From Anaerolineales bacterium (GTDB lineage: Bacteria; Chloroflexota; Anaerolineae; Anaerolineales; UBA6663), in contig DAOTXG010000529.1 in the NCBI GenBank assembly GCA_034435515.1, forward strand, positions 1 to 33,593: 33,593 nt of DNA, read 5' to 3'. A program made the position numbers and the translations under genes. Shown here one piece after another: positions 15,776 through 23,074 of this stretch (its first letter is position 1; every line of letters begins with the position of its first letter). The notes under the pieces were generated by a model, which saw only the letters and a program-made list of their open reading frames with translations, did not search any database and was not told the origin of the DNA.

Positions 15776-16368
15776 TTCATACTCTCGCCCAGTTCACGCA
15801 GACGCTGTTCGGCCTTTTTCTTCAAGTCGGCCTCCGGGCTGAGGCGCGCCACGGTTTTCAAGTCGGCGATGGCCTCGACGGCGCGGCGCAGGTCAATCAG
15901 GATGAGGGCGCGGCGGTAAAGCAGCCGCAGCGAGCGCGGCTCGTGCTTGAGCGCGGCGTTGATGTCTTCGAGGGCCTGAGCGTGGTCGCCGTTGGCGTGC
16001 CGCATTTCGGCCCGGCGCATCCACGCGGTGACGGCCTCAGGATGCTCCGCCAGCACATCGCTGTAGTCTTGGAGCGCCTGCGAATACTCCTGCGCCTGGC
16101 GGTGGATGTCGCCGCGCAGGATGAGCAGGCCCTCGTCCAATGGCATAAGCTGCCGGGCTTTCTCGACGGCGGCGAGCGCCTGCTCGTACTCTTGCAGCCT
16201 GGCGTACAGCCGAGCCTGGTAGGCGTAGCAGCGGTCGGCGGTGCGCGGCACGCGCTCGGCGATCCGATCGAGTTCCTCGATCATCTTCCACAGGCGCGGG
16301 CGGTCGGCGTCGCCGAACTCGGCGATGACCTTTTCGATGTCGGTGAAGAAGATGTCGGTGGGGAGCAT
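15772..16368 (-). CDS. TPR repeat protein
   Basis: Several 34-aa TPR-like units (e.g. YARLQEYEQALAAVEKA, AQEYSQALQDYSDVL, NGDHAQALEDINAAL). The start is uncertain. The ORF extends to GTG 16539, but that part is translated 9-mer repeat and overlaps the HAD gene. ATG 16368 is given as a conservative start. Confidence 0.7.
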   Translation of the reverse strand: MLPTDIFFTDIEKVIAEFGDADRPRLWKMIEELDRIAERVPRTADRCYAYQARLYARLQEYEQALAAVEKARQLMPLDEGLLILRGDIHRQAQEYSQALQDYSDVLAEHPEAVTAWMRRAEMRHANGDHAQALEDINAALKHEPRSLRLLYRRALILIDLRRAVEAIADLKTVARLSPEADLKKKAEQRLRELGESMK

Positions 16369-16389
16369 GAGGGCGGCGGCGATATAGTC

Positions 16390-16497
16390 GAGTTCCTCTG
16401 GTGGCGGGAGTTCCCTGAGTTCCCTGAGTTCCTTCAGGGAACTGAAGGAACTTAAGGAACTGAAGGAACTCTGGGAGCTGAAGGAACTCAGAGAACT
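16390..16497. repeat. inverted arrays of 9-mers (GAGTTCCYT x4 / NARGGAACT x7)
   Basis: Phased 9-nt units read directly. Central hairpin GTTCCTTCAG-ggaa-CTGAAGGAAC. The array overlaps the HAD gene stop (16488-16490). Confidence 0.9.
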
Positions 16498-17288
16498 CGG
16501 AGGGCCTGTGTGACTTCCTGAATGTCCTGCATCACCCACGTCGGCTGGTAATCCAGGCCGCTGAGGTGCTCGCGGGCCGTGACGCCGGAAAGGACGAGCA
16601 GGCTCTTAATCCCCGCGCGCACCGCGCCGAGGATGTCCGTCTCCAGCCGGTCGCCGATGGCGGCGGTCCGCGCCGGGTCGGCCCGCAGACGGCGCATCGC
16701 CTGCTGGTACATGATCGGCTCGGGCTTGCCGATGATTGTCGGGGCGACGCCGGTCGCCGCCTGCAACGCGGCCAGAATCGCGCCGTTCCCATGCGTGACG
16801 CCGCGCTCGGTGGGGAGCGTCGTATCCGGGTTGGCGCCGATGAATTTCGCGCCGGCGCGGATGTTCAGCGTGGCCGTCGCCAGCTTGTCCCAGGACAGCC
16901 CGCGGTCCATGCCGCAGACGACGTACTGTGCGTCCACTTCGTACAGGCCGCACAGGTGAAAGCCGGCCTCGGCCAGCGCCTGCCGCACGCCATCCTCGCC
17001 GATAGCGAATACCCGCGCCCCGTTGCGCGCTTCTTGCTGGAGATAGAGCGCGGCGGCCTGCGCGGAAGTGAGGATTTCGTCCAGCGCAACAGCCACGCCC
17101 ATCTGCGCCAGTTTAGACACGTACTGGTCGGGCGTTTTGCTCGCGTTGTTCGTGGCCAGGACGAAGCGGAGGTCCCGGTCGCGCAATGTCTGGAAAAGTT
17201 CGACTAATCCCGGCAGGGGGCGGTCGCCCTCCCACAGCACGCCGTCCATGTCAATAATGAAGTAGCGGAGGTCGCGCAGCGAGTCCAT
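16488..17288 (-). CDS. HAD-IIA family hydrolase (NagD/sugar-phosphatase-like)
   Basis: FIIDMDGVLWEG (DxDG nucleophile motif), VLATNNASK and GDRLETDILG motifs. Confidence 0.88.
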   Translation of the reverse strand: MDSLRDLRYFIIDMDGVLWEGDRPLPGLVELFQTLRDRDLRFVLATNNASKTPDQYVSKLAQMGVAVALDEILTSAQAAALYLQQEARNGARVFAIGEDGVRQALAEAGFHLCGLYEVDAQYVVCGMDRGLSWDKLATATLNIRAGAKFIGANPDTTLPTERGVTHGNGAILAALQAATGVAPTIIGKPEPIMYQQAMRRLRADPARTAAIGDRLETDILGAVRAGIKSLLVLSGVTAREHLSGLDYQPTWVMQDIQEVTQALRVL

Positions 17289-17319
17289 GCAGAGGATTAT
17301 ATACCAAACCCTATCGTGA

Positions 17320-18594
17320 TCACGCCGCCTCGTCTAGCTGCGCGTCGCCCCAACTCAAGGGCCGCCCGCCCTCGCCGCGAAGCAGCGGATGGCTGCGGTG
17401 CGCGATGGCGTCGGCGTGGACGACGACGCGGCGCACGTCGGAACGCGAGGGAATCTCGTACATGACGTCCAGCAGCGTGCTTTCAAGGATGGAGCGCAGG
17501 CCGCGCGCGCCGGTCTGTTGCCGCAGCGCCATGTCGGCCGCCAGGCGCAGCGCGGCCTCGTCAAAGACGAGCTCGACGTTGTCCATCTCGAACAATCGCT
17601 TGAACTGCTTGACGAGCGCGTTGCGCGGCTGGGTGAGCACGGCCATCAGCGCGTCGTGGTCGAGCGGCTCCAGCCCGACGGCCACCGGCAGGCGGCCCAC
17701 CAGTTCGGGGATCAGCCCGTAACGCATCAAATCGTCGGGCGCCACTTGCCGGAGCAGTTCGCCGGCGGACGGTTTGTGGCCGTTGCCCTTCGCCTCCAGC
17801 CGTCGGGCGATGATCTCGGTCAGGCCGTCGAACGTGCCGCCGCTGATGAACAGCACGTCTGTCGTGTCAATCTGGATGAATTCCTGCTGCGGATGCTTGC
17901 GCCCGCCCTGCGGCGGGACGTTGACCTTCGCCCCCTCGATGATCTTGAGCAGCGCCTGCTGGACGCCCTCGCCCGACACGTCGCGGGTGATGGACGGGTT
18001 GTCGCCGCTCTTGCGCGCGATTTTGTCCATCTCGTCAATGTAGACGATGCCCTGCTCGGCGCGGGGCAGGTTGTAATCGGCGGCCTGGATGAGCCGGGCC
18101 AGGATGGATTCCACGTCCTCGCCCACGTAGCCGGCCTCCGTCAGCGCGGTCGCGTCGGCGATGCAGAAGGGGACGTCGAGGATGCGCGCGAGCGTCTGAG
18201 CCAGCAGCGTCTTGCCGCACCCGGTTGGGCCGATCAACAGGATGTTGCTCTTCTCCAGGTCAGGGTCGCCGGGGCGCGGCCGGTGGCTGATGCGCTTGTA
18301 ATGGTTATACACGGCCACGGCCAGCACGCGCTTGGCCTGGTCCTGCCCGATCACATATTCGTTCAATTTCTCGTAGATCTCTTTGGGGGGCAAGGCCGGG
18401 CGGTCCCGGAACTCCAGCGGCGCCGGCGAGGCCTCGAGCGGGTCGGCGTGCACGAGCAGGTTGTAGCACGTGTCCACGCACTCGTCGCAGATGGCGACGC
18501 CCGGCGGCCCGGCGATCAGCCGCGCCACCTTGTCCTCGGCGCGCTTGCAGAACGAGCAGCGCTTAATTTCGTCGGCGATCTTGGCTTTGGTCAT
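17320..18594 (-). CDS. clpX: ATP-dependent Clp protease ATP-binding subunit ClpX
   Basis: N-terminal zinc finger CSFCKR..CDEC, Walker A GPTGCGKT, Walker [10 protein letters not shown] and the ClpX C-terminal region. Confidence 0.96.
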   Translation of the reverse strand: MTKAKIADEIKRCSFCKRAEDKVARLIAGPPGVAICDECVDTCYNLLVHADPLEASPAPLEFRDRPALPPKEIYEKLNEYVIGQDQAKRVLAVAVYNHYKRISHRPRPGDPDLEKSNILLIGPTGCGKTLLAQTLARILDVPFCIADATALTEAGYVGEDVESILARLIQAADYNLPRAEQGIVYIDEMDKIARKSGDNPSITRDVSGEGVQQALLKIIEGAKVNVPPQGGRKHPQQEFIQIDTTDVLFISGGTFDGLTEIIARRLEAKGNGHKPSAGELLRQVAPDDLMRYGLIPELVGRLPVAVGLEPLDHDALMAVLTQPRNALVKQFKRLFEMDNVELVFDEAALRLAADMALRQQTGARGLRSILESTLLDVMYEIPSRSDVRRVVVHADAIAHRSHPLLRGEGGRPLSWGDAQLDEAA

Positions 18595-18620
18595 GTTATG
18601 TACGGTCCGTTCCAGCCGTC

Positions 18621-18657
18621 GACAAACGAAAAGCGGCCCGCCCCTTGGGGAGGCCGC
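18621..18657 (-). terminator. terminator-like hairpin in the clpP-clpX spacer
   Basis: On the minus strand, GCGGCCTCCCC-AA-GGGGCGGGCCGC is followed by TTTTCGTTTG. It ends about 27 nt before the clpX ATG. Confidence 0.5.
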
Positions 18658-18764
18658 CTTCTATTTTACACGGGGTGTCAAGGGCGGGCGATCCCGCAGG
18701 CAGGGCTTTTCCAAAGTCGTGGGAGCGGTTGGTAACCGCAACCGGGCGACCGCCAGAGGCGCCC

Positions 18765-19400
18765 CTACTTTTTGCCGTTGCCGGCGGTGGAAGCCTGTTT
18801 GTCCGGCATCAGCATCACCTCGTCAATCACGCCCAGTTCCACGGCCTTCTGCGGGGTCATGAAGAAGTCGCGGTCGGTGTACCGGGCAATCTGCTCGTCG
18901 TCCATCTTCGTGTGGCGCTTGAGGATGCTGTTGAGCAGGTCGCGCTGGCGCAGGATTTCGCGCGCCGCGATTTCGATGTCGGCGGCCTGGCCCTCGACGC
19001 CGCCCAGCGGCTGGTGCAGGTGAATGGTCGCATTGGGCAGCGCGTAGCGGCGGCCCGGCGTCCCGGCGGTGAGCAGGATGGTGCCAAAGCTGGCGGCGAA
19101 CCCCACGGCGGTGGTCGAGACGGGGGCCTCGATCAACTGCATGGTGTCGTAGATCGCCAGCCCGGCGTGGATGATGCCGCCCGGCGAGTTGATGTACATG
19201 CGGATTTCGCGCTTCGGGTCCTCGCTGTTGAGATACAGCAGTTGCGCCACGATCAGGTTGGCCACCTGGTCGTTGATGGGCGTGCCGAGGAAGACGATGC
19301 GCTCCTTGAGCAGGAGCGAGTAGATGTCGTAGGCGCGCTCGCCTCGGCCGGACGATTCGATCACCATCGGGATCAACGCTTGCGGATCAATGCGGCTCAT
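18765..19400 (-). CDS. clpP: ATP-dependent Clp protease proteolytic subunit ClpP
   Basis: [19 protein letters not shown], the active-site context and family-typical length. AGGAGG RBS. Confidence 0.96.
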   Translation of the reverse strand: MSRIDPQALIPMVIESSGRGERAYDIYSLLLKERIVFLGTPINDQVANLIVAQLLYLNSEDPKREIRMYINSPGGIIHAGLAIYDTMQLIEAPVSTTAVGFAASFGTILLTAGTPGRRYALPNATIHLHQPLGGVEGQAADIEIAAREILRQRDLLNSILKRHTKMDDEQIARYTDRDFFMTPQKAVELGVIDEVMLMPDKQASTAGNGKK

Positions 19401-19445
19401 GAATGACCTCCTGTGACGGATGAAAAAACGGGTGGGTGGGAGACT

Positions 19446-20834
19446 TTACGACGCCGGGACCTCCGGGGCGGGAGCGCTCTCCGTCGTCGGCTGGGCCTCG
19501 ATCACCGTCGCGGGCGCCTCCTCGGCGGCGGGTAAAGGTACGTCTTCGCCTCGGGCGATGGCCGCCAGCCGCTGGAGCGCTTTCCGGGTGATCAAATCTA
19601 CGCTCAACGAGCGGCGCGCGTCGGCGGTCGCGAACAACTTGCGGATGGCCCCGGCCTGCTCGCCGAACGGCGTGCTCAATTTCTCAATCTGGTCGTCTAC
19701 GTCCTCGTCGCTGATGTCCAATTTCTCCAGCTCGACGACCTTGCCCAGAATGAGCGCGCGCTTCAAGCGCTCCGTGGCGCGCGGCCTGTATTCCTCGCGC
19801 AGGTCGTCTTTGGTCTTGCCCTCGATCTTCAAATAATCGTCGAGGGTCAGGCGCTGTTCGCGCAGGCGGCGGTCGAGGTCCTTCAGCAGGTCGTCCACTT
19901 CCTCTTCCAGCAACACCAGCGGATAGCGGATGGTCGCCTGACCGAGCAGTTGGGTCAAGATTTGCTCGTTGTAGTCTCGTTCGACCGCGCTTCCGGCCTC
20001 GCGCGCGAGGTCCTCGCGAACCCGGCGGCGCAGTTCGTCCACCGTCTGGTAATCGCCGATGGCGCGGGCGAGCTCGTCGCTCCATTCGGGCACGACGCGC
20101 TGTTTCACTTCCTTGACCGTCGCCTCGAAGTGCGCCGCCTGCCCACGTAGCGGCTCATTCGCGTAGTCTTCTGGGAAGGTCAGGTCAAACTTCTTGTTCT
20201 CACCCGCCTTCAAGCCCAGGATGTGCGGCGCGAAACCGGGCGCCGGCCAATCGGTCTTCTCGTCGAGCAGCAGGGAGACGTTCTCGTCGGCGAGCAGGAA
20301 ATCGGACGGGTTCTCGCCTTCGTTCAGGTAGCCCTTCACGTCGAGCACGACCACGTCGGTCATCGCCGCCGACCGCTCCACCGGCTCCATGACCGCCTGG
20401 TGCTCGCGCAAATGCTCCAGCGCCTCGTTCACCTGCTCGTCCCTGACCTCGGGCGCAGTGTAGGGGAGACGCAGGGAGCGATAGTCGCCGAGGTCCACCT
20501 CCGGGCGCAGGGGGAGGGTGAACTTCAGCACCAGCGGCTTGGTCGTGAAGTTCTGCAGCGAGCCGGGGCCATAGGCCTCGATCTTCTCCTGCTCCAGCGC
20601 CTCGGCGTAGACCTTCGGGCCGAGGTCTTCCAAAGCCAATTCGTACAGCGCGCCTTCGCCAAACTGGCGCAGAATCACGTCGTAGGGCGCTTTGCCGGGG
20701 CGGAAACCCGGCACGCGGTAACGTTTGGCCAGCTGGCGGGCCGCGGCGCGCAGGGCGGTCTGGACGCGCTCGTCCTCGACCTCGATGGTCAGGTCCAACG
20801 TGCCGTCGTCGTGCTTGTGCGTTTCGATCTTCAA
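19446..20834 (-). CDS. tig: trigger factor
   Basis: The ribosome-binding signature VPGFRPGKAP and the domain order are typical of Tig. Conserved tig-clpP-clpX synteny. TTG start. Confidence 0.93.
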   Translation of the reverse strand: MKIETHKHDDGTLDLTIEVEDERVQTALRAAARQLAKRYRVPGFRPGKAPYDVILRQFGEGALYELALEDLGPKVYAEALEQEKIEAYGPGSLQNFTTKPLVLKFTLPLRPEVDLGDYRSLRLPYTAPEVRDEQVNEALEHLREHQAVMEPVERSAAMTDVVVLDVKGYLNEGENPSDFLLADENVSLLLDEKTDWPAPGFAPHILGLKAGENKKFDLTFPEDYANEPLRGQAAHFEATVKEVKQRVVPEWSDELARAIGDYQTVDELRRRVREDLAREAGSAVERDYNEQILTQLLGQATIRYPLVLLEEEVDDLLKDLDRRLREQRLTLDDYLKIEGKTKDDLREEYRPRATERLKRALILGKVVELEKLDISDEDVDDQIEKLSTPFGEQAGAIRKLFATADARRSLSVDLITRKALQRLAAIARGEDVPLPAAEEAPATVIEAQPTTESAPAPEVPAS

Positions 20835-20994
20835 CTCGATGATCCTTCTACTCTCAGGGAGCCACTCGCCGCCTGGGTTTTGGAGATGCGGCGAGTATAG
20901 CCGATGTGTATTGGCGCATGATAAGAATTGAGCTGAATTGAACTGTCTGTTTGTCTAGGATAGGCGGGGCGAATTGCCCGGCGGCCTCGCCAGA

Positions 20995-21076
20995 TGGGGA
21001 AGGAGGGATTTGAACCCTCACGCCTCGCGGCACATGATCCTAAGTCATGCCTGTCTGCCAGTTCCAGCACTTCCCC
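20995..21076 (-). tRNA. tRNA-Leu (anticodon UAG), class II with long variable arm, no encoded CCA
   Basis: The reverse complement folds by hand. Acceptor GGGGAAG/CTTCCCC, 3-bp D stem, anticodon stem CATGA/TCATG with loop CTTAGGA (TAG), 13-nt variable arm, T arm GAGGG-TTCAAAT-CCCTC, discriminator A. Confidence 0.9.
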
Positions 21077-21149
21077 GGATAGACCGTATCCTGATTCTAT
21101 CCCAAACGGGATTTTACCACACGCGCGTCATCTTTTCTTCCGCTGGCCG

Positions 21150-21182
21150 AGACCGACGCGGTTTCCAAAACCGCGTCGGCCT
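21150..21182. repeat. nested double palindrome, degenerate copy 2 of the 14052-14084 element
   Basis: AGACCGACGCGGTTTccaAAACCGCGTCGGCCT. It differs from copy 1 at 2 positions. Confidence 0.9.
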
Positions 21183-21320
21183 CTGAAAATGAGAGCCCAA
21201 CGTTCGTAATCTGTAGTACAATATCTTCAATCCGTTATCGGGATGTGTGTGCGCCCTTTGCCGCCAGACCCTTGTATGGGGTGGCGGCGTTTTGTTGTTG
21301 ATCGGATCAAGGAGTCCCCT

Positions 21321-21827
21321 ATGTCATTCCAGATCGGCGATTGGGTTGTTCTTCCCGTTCACGGGGTAGGGCGCATCGTGAAGATTGACGAGCGAAATTT
21401 CTTCGGCGTGGAGATCCGCCGATATTATGAAGTCGAGACCCCGAAAAGCACGATCTGGGTGCCGACTGAGCCCTCTGACGCGACTCGTATGCGCGTGTTG
21501 ACGGTCAAAAGCGACTTGGCCCAACACCGCAGCCTGTTGAAAAGCCGCCCGACCCCGCTGAACAAAGACCGCCGCCAGCGGCATCTTGATTTGATCAATC
21601 GCCTGAAGCAAGGCTCGTTCTCGGGCCTGTGTGAGGTAGTGCGGGATTTGACCGCGTTCGGCTGGGACAAGCCGCTGAACGAGGTGGATACGGCCTCGTT
21701 GCGCCAGGCGCGCGAAAACTTGTGCGAGGAATGGGCGGCGGTGGAGGGGATGTCCGTGGACGAAGTCAACCGGGAGCTCGAAGCCTTGTTGCTGGAAGGT
21801 CGGCAGGCGTTCCAACCGGAGCCGTAA
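21321..21827 (+). CDS. CarD/CdnL/TRCF-RID family transcriptional regulator
   Basis: The N-terminal MSFQIGDWVVLPVHGVGRIVKI...RRYYEV is the typical CarD_TRCF RNAP-interacting domain. AAGGAG 6 nt upstream of the ATG at 21321. Confidence 0.88.
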   Translation: MSFQIGDWVVLPVHGVGRIVKIDERNFFGVEIRRYYEVETPKSTIWVPTEPSDATRMRVLTVKSDLAQHRSLLKSRPTPLNKDRRQRHLDLINRLKQGSFSGLCEVVRDLTAFGWDKPLNEVDTASLRQARENLCEEWAAVEGMSVDEVNRELEALLLEGRQAFQPEP

Positions 21828-21845
21828 ATTCGCCCAATTTGCCCC

Positions 21846-21874
21846 TTGACGCAACAGGGTTCGCCTGTTATACT
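21846..21874 (+). promoter_or_regulatory. sigma-70-type promoter upstream of the cold-shock gene
   Basis: TTGACG (21846-21851), 17-bp spacer, TATACT (21869-21874). Predicts a 5' UTR of about 150 nt. Confidence 0.65.
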
Positions 21875-21922
21875 CAAATTGAGTAGGATGCCAGTAAGTT
21901 TTCGTTGTGAGTAACAAAGAGG

Positions 21923-21958
21923 ACGGCTCAGGCTTCATACACCTGGGCCGTTTTTTTT
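21923..21958 (+). terminator. strong intrinsic-terminator-like hairpin plus T8, inside the predicted csp leader
   Basis: 10-bp stem ACGGCTCAGG / CCTGGGCCGT (one G-U pair), 9-nt loop, then TTTTTTTT (21951-21958). Confidence 0.7.
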
Positions 21959-22033
21959 CGCCGTCCGGCGGCTCCGATGGAATACGTACAGCGCCTAACA
22001 TCTTTCACTTTTTGCCATAAGGAGGCAAATTCA

Positions 22034-22243
22034 ATGTCTGAGCGTATCGTCGGCACGGTCAAATGGTTCAATGGCGGCAAGGGCTATGGTTTCCTGGCTC
22101 GCGACGGCGGGGAGGACGTGTTCGTCCACTTCTCCGCTATCGAGGGCGAGGGTTACCGCAACCTCGAGGAAGGCCAGAAGGTGGAATTCACCATCACCAA
22201 AGGCCCCAAAGGTTTGCAGGCCGCTAACGTCAAAATCCTGTAA
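22034..22243 (+). CDS. cspA: cold-shock protein (CspA family)
   Basis: [15 protein letters not shown] (RNP1) and VFVHFSAI (RNP2). 69 aa. AAGGAGG 8 nt upstream. Confidence 0.96.
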   Translation: MSERIVGTVKWFNGGKGYGFLARDGGEDVFVHFSAIEGEGYRNLEEGQKVEFTITKGPKGLQAANVKIL

Positions 22244-22278
22244 TGGTCCGCGCTTAAGCCAGGCGCGCCCACACCAGG

Positions 22279-22312
22279 CCCCGCCGGAAGTTCTAATCCG
22301 GCGGGGTTTTGA
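22279..22312 (+). terminator. intrinsic terminator of the cold-shock gene
   Basis: CCCCGCCGGA / TCCGGCGGGG 10-bp stem with an 8-nt loop, followed by TTTTGATT. Confidence 0.75.
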
Positions 22313-22333
22313 TTCCCTGTCCCGAAACCGAAT

Positions 22334-22362
22334 TTGGTCTTTGGGCTTTTCCCGCATATAAT
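22334..22362 (+). promoter_or_regulatory. promoter predicting a leaderless mRNA for the COG1579 gene
   Basis: TTGGTC, 17-bp spacer, TATAAT (22357-22362). Only 8 nt separate the -10 element from the ATG at 22371, and there is no SD. Confidence 0.5.
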
Positions 22363-22370
22363 CCCCACCG

Positions 22371-23072
22371 ATGAGCCGCGCCAGCGCCCTCTTCCAGTTG
22401 CAGGCGATTGACCTCGAACTCGACGCCCATCACGCGCGCCTGCGCCAGATCGAGGCCGAAACGGGCGAGAGTCCTGCCGTCCGCGCGGCGCAGCGCCAGG
22501 TGGTGGAGGCTGAAGCCCGGCTGGCCGCCGACCGCGCCAGCCTGCGCGCGCTGGAGCAGGACCTCCAGGCGCTGAACGAGAAGATCGCCGAGGTCGAGGA
22601 GCGGCTCTACGGCGGCCAGGTTGCCAACCCCAAAGAGCTGCAAGACCTGCAGCGGGACGTCGACTCGCTCAAGCGCCGCCGGGACGCGCTCGAAGAAAAG
22701 CAGCTGGAGACGCTGATCCGCATCGAAAGCGAGGAGGCCGACCTGGCTGGCCTCGCCCGCCAGCTGGCGCAGAGTGAAGACGCCGCCGCCCAAACCAACA
22801 CCTCGCTGGTAGCCGAGCACGAGAAACTGCGCCTGCGCGTCGCCCGGCTGGAGGACGAGCGCGAAGCGGCGCTGGCTTCGGTGCCCAAAGCCGACCAGGA
22901 AATCTATGACCACCTGCGGCACAGCAAGAAAGGCCGGGCCGTGACGCGGCTCGAAGACGGCGTGTGCGCGGCGTGCGGCGTGGCGCTGTCGTCGTCGCAG
23001 CTGCAAATCGCGCGGCAGGGCAGTGAACTGGCGCGCTGTTCCAACTGCGACCGGATCATTTACGCGGACTAA
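22371..23072 (+). CDS. coiled-coil / C4 zinc-ribbon protein, COG1579 (HP0958/CT398-like family)
   Basis: Long heptad-rich coiled-coil hairpin region, followed by C-terminal GVCAACGVALSSSQLQIARQGSELARCSNCDRIIY (CxxC...CxxC ribbon). Confidence 0.8.
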   Translation: MSRASALFQLQAIDLELDAHHARLRQIEAETGESPAVRAAQRQVVEAEARLAADRASLRALEQDLQALNEKIAEVEERLYGGQVANPKELQDLQRDVDSLKRRRDALEEKQLETLIRIESEEADLAGLARQLAQSEDAAAQTNTSLVAEHEKLRLRVARLEDEREAALASVPKADQEIYDHLRHSKKGRAVTRLEDGVCAACGVALSSSQLQIARQGSELARCSNCDRIIYAD

Positions 23073-23074
23073 CC

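Noticed and set aside
16369-16539. Long form of the TPR protein starting at GTG 16539
   Set aside because: It is not fully excluded. However, it would overlap the HAD gene by 52 nt, and its first about 45 residues are a translated 9-mer repeat. The conservative ATG at 16368 is reported, with the uncertainty stated.
21260-21300. Hairpin GCCGCCA...TGGCGGC plus GTTTTGTTGTTG just upstream of the CarD-like gene as a third leader attenuator
   Set aside because: I could not find a convincing promoter upstream of it. The stem is short with a large loop. It may simply be part of the 5' UTR, so it is not reported as a feature.
20995-21320. tRNA-Leu as an integration hotspot or genomic island boundary
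   Set aside because: No integrase or recombinase gene was seen, and I noticed no duplicated tRNA 3' segment. The flanking genes (tig-clpP-clpX, CarD-like, csp) are core housekeeping genes.
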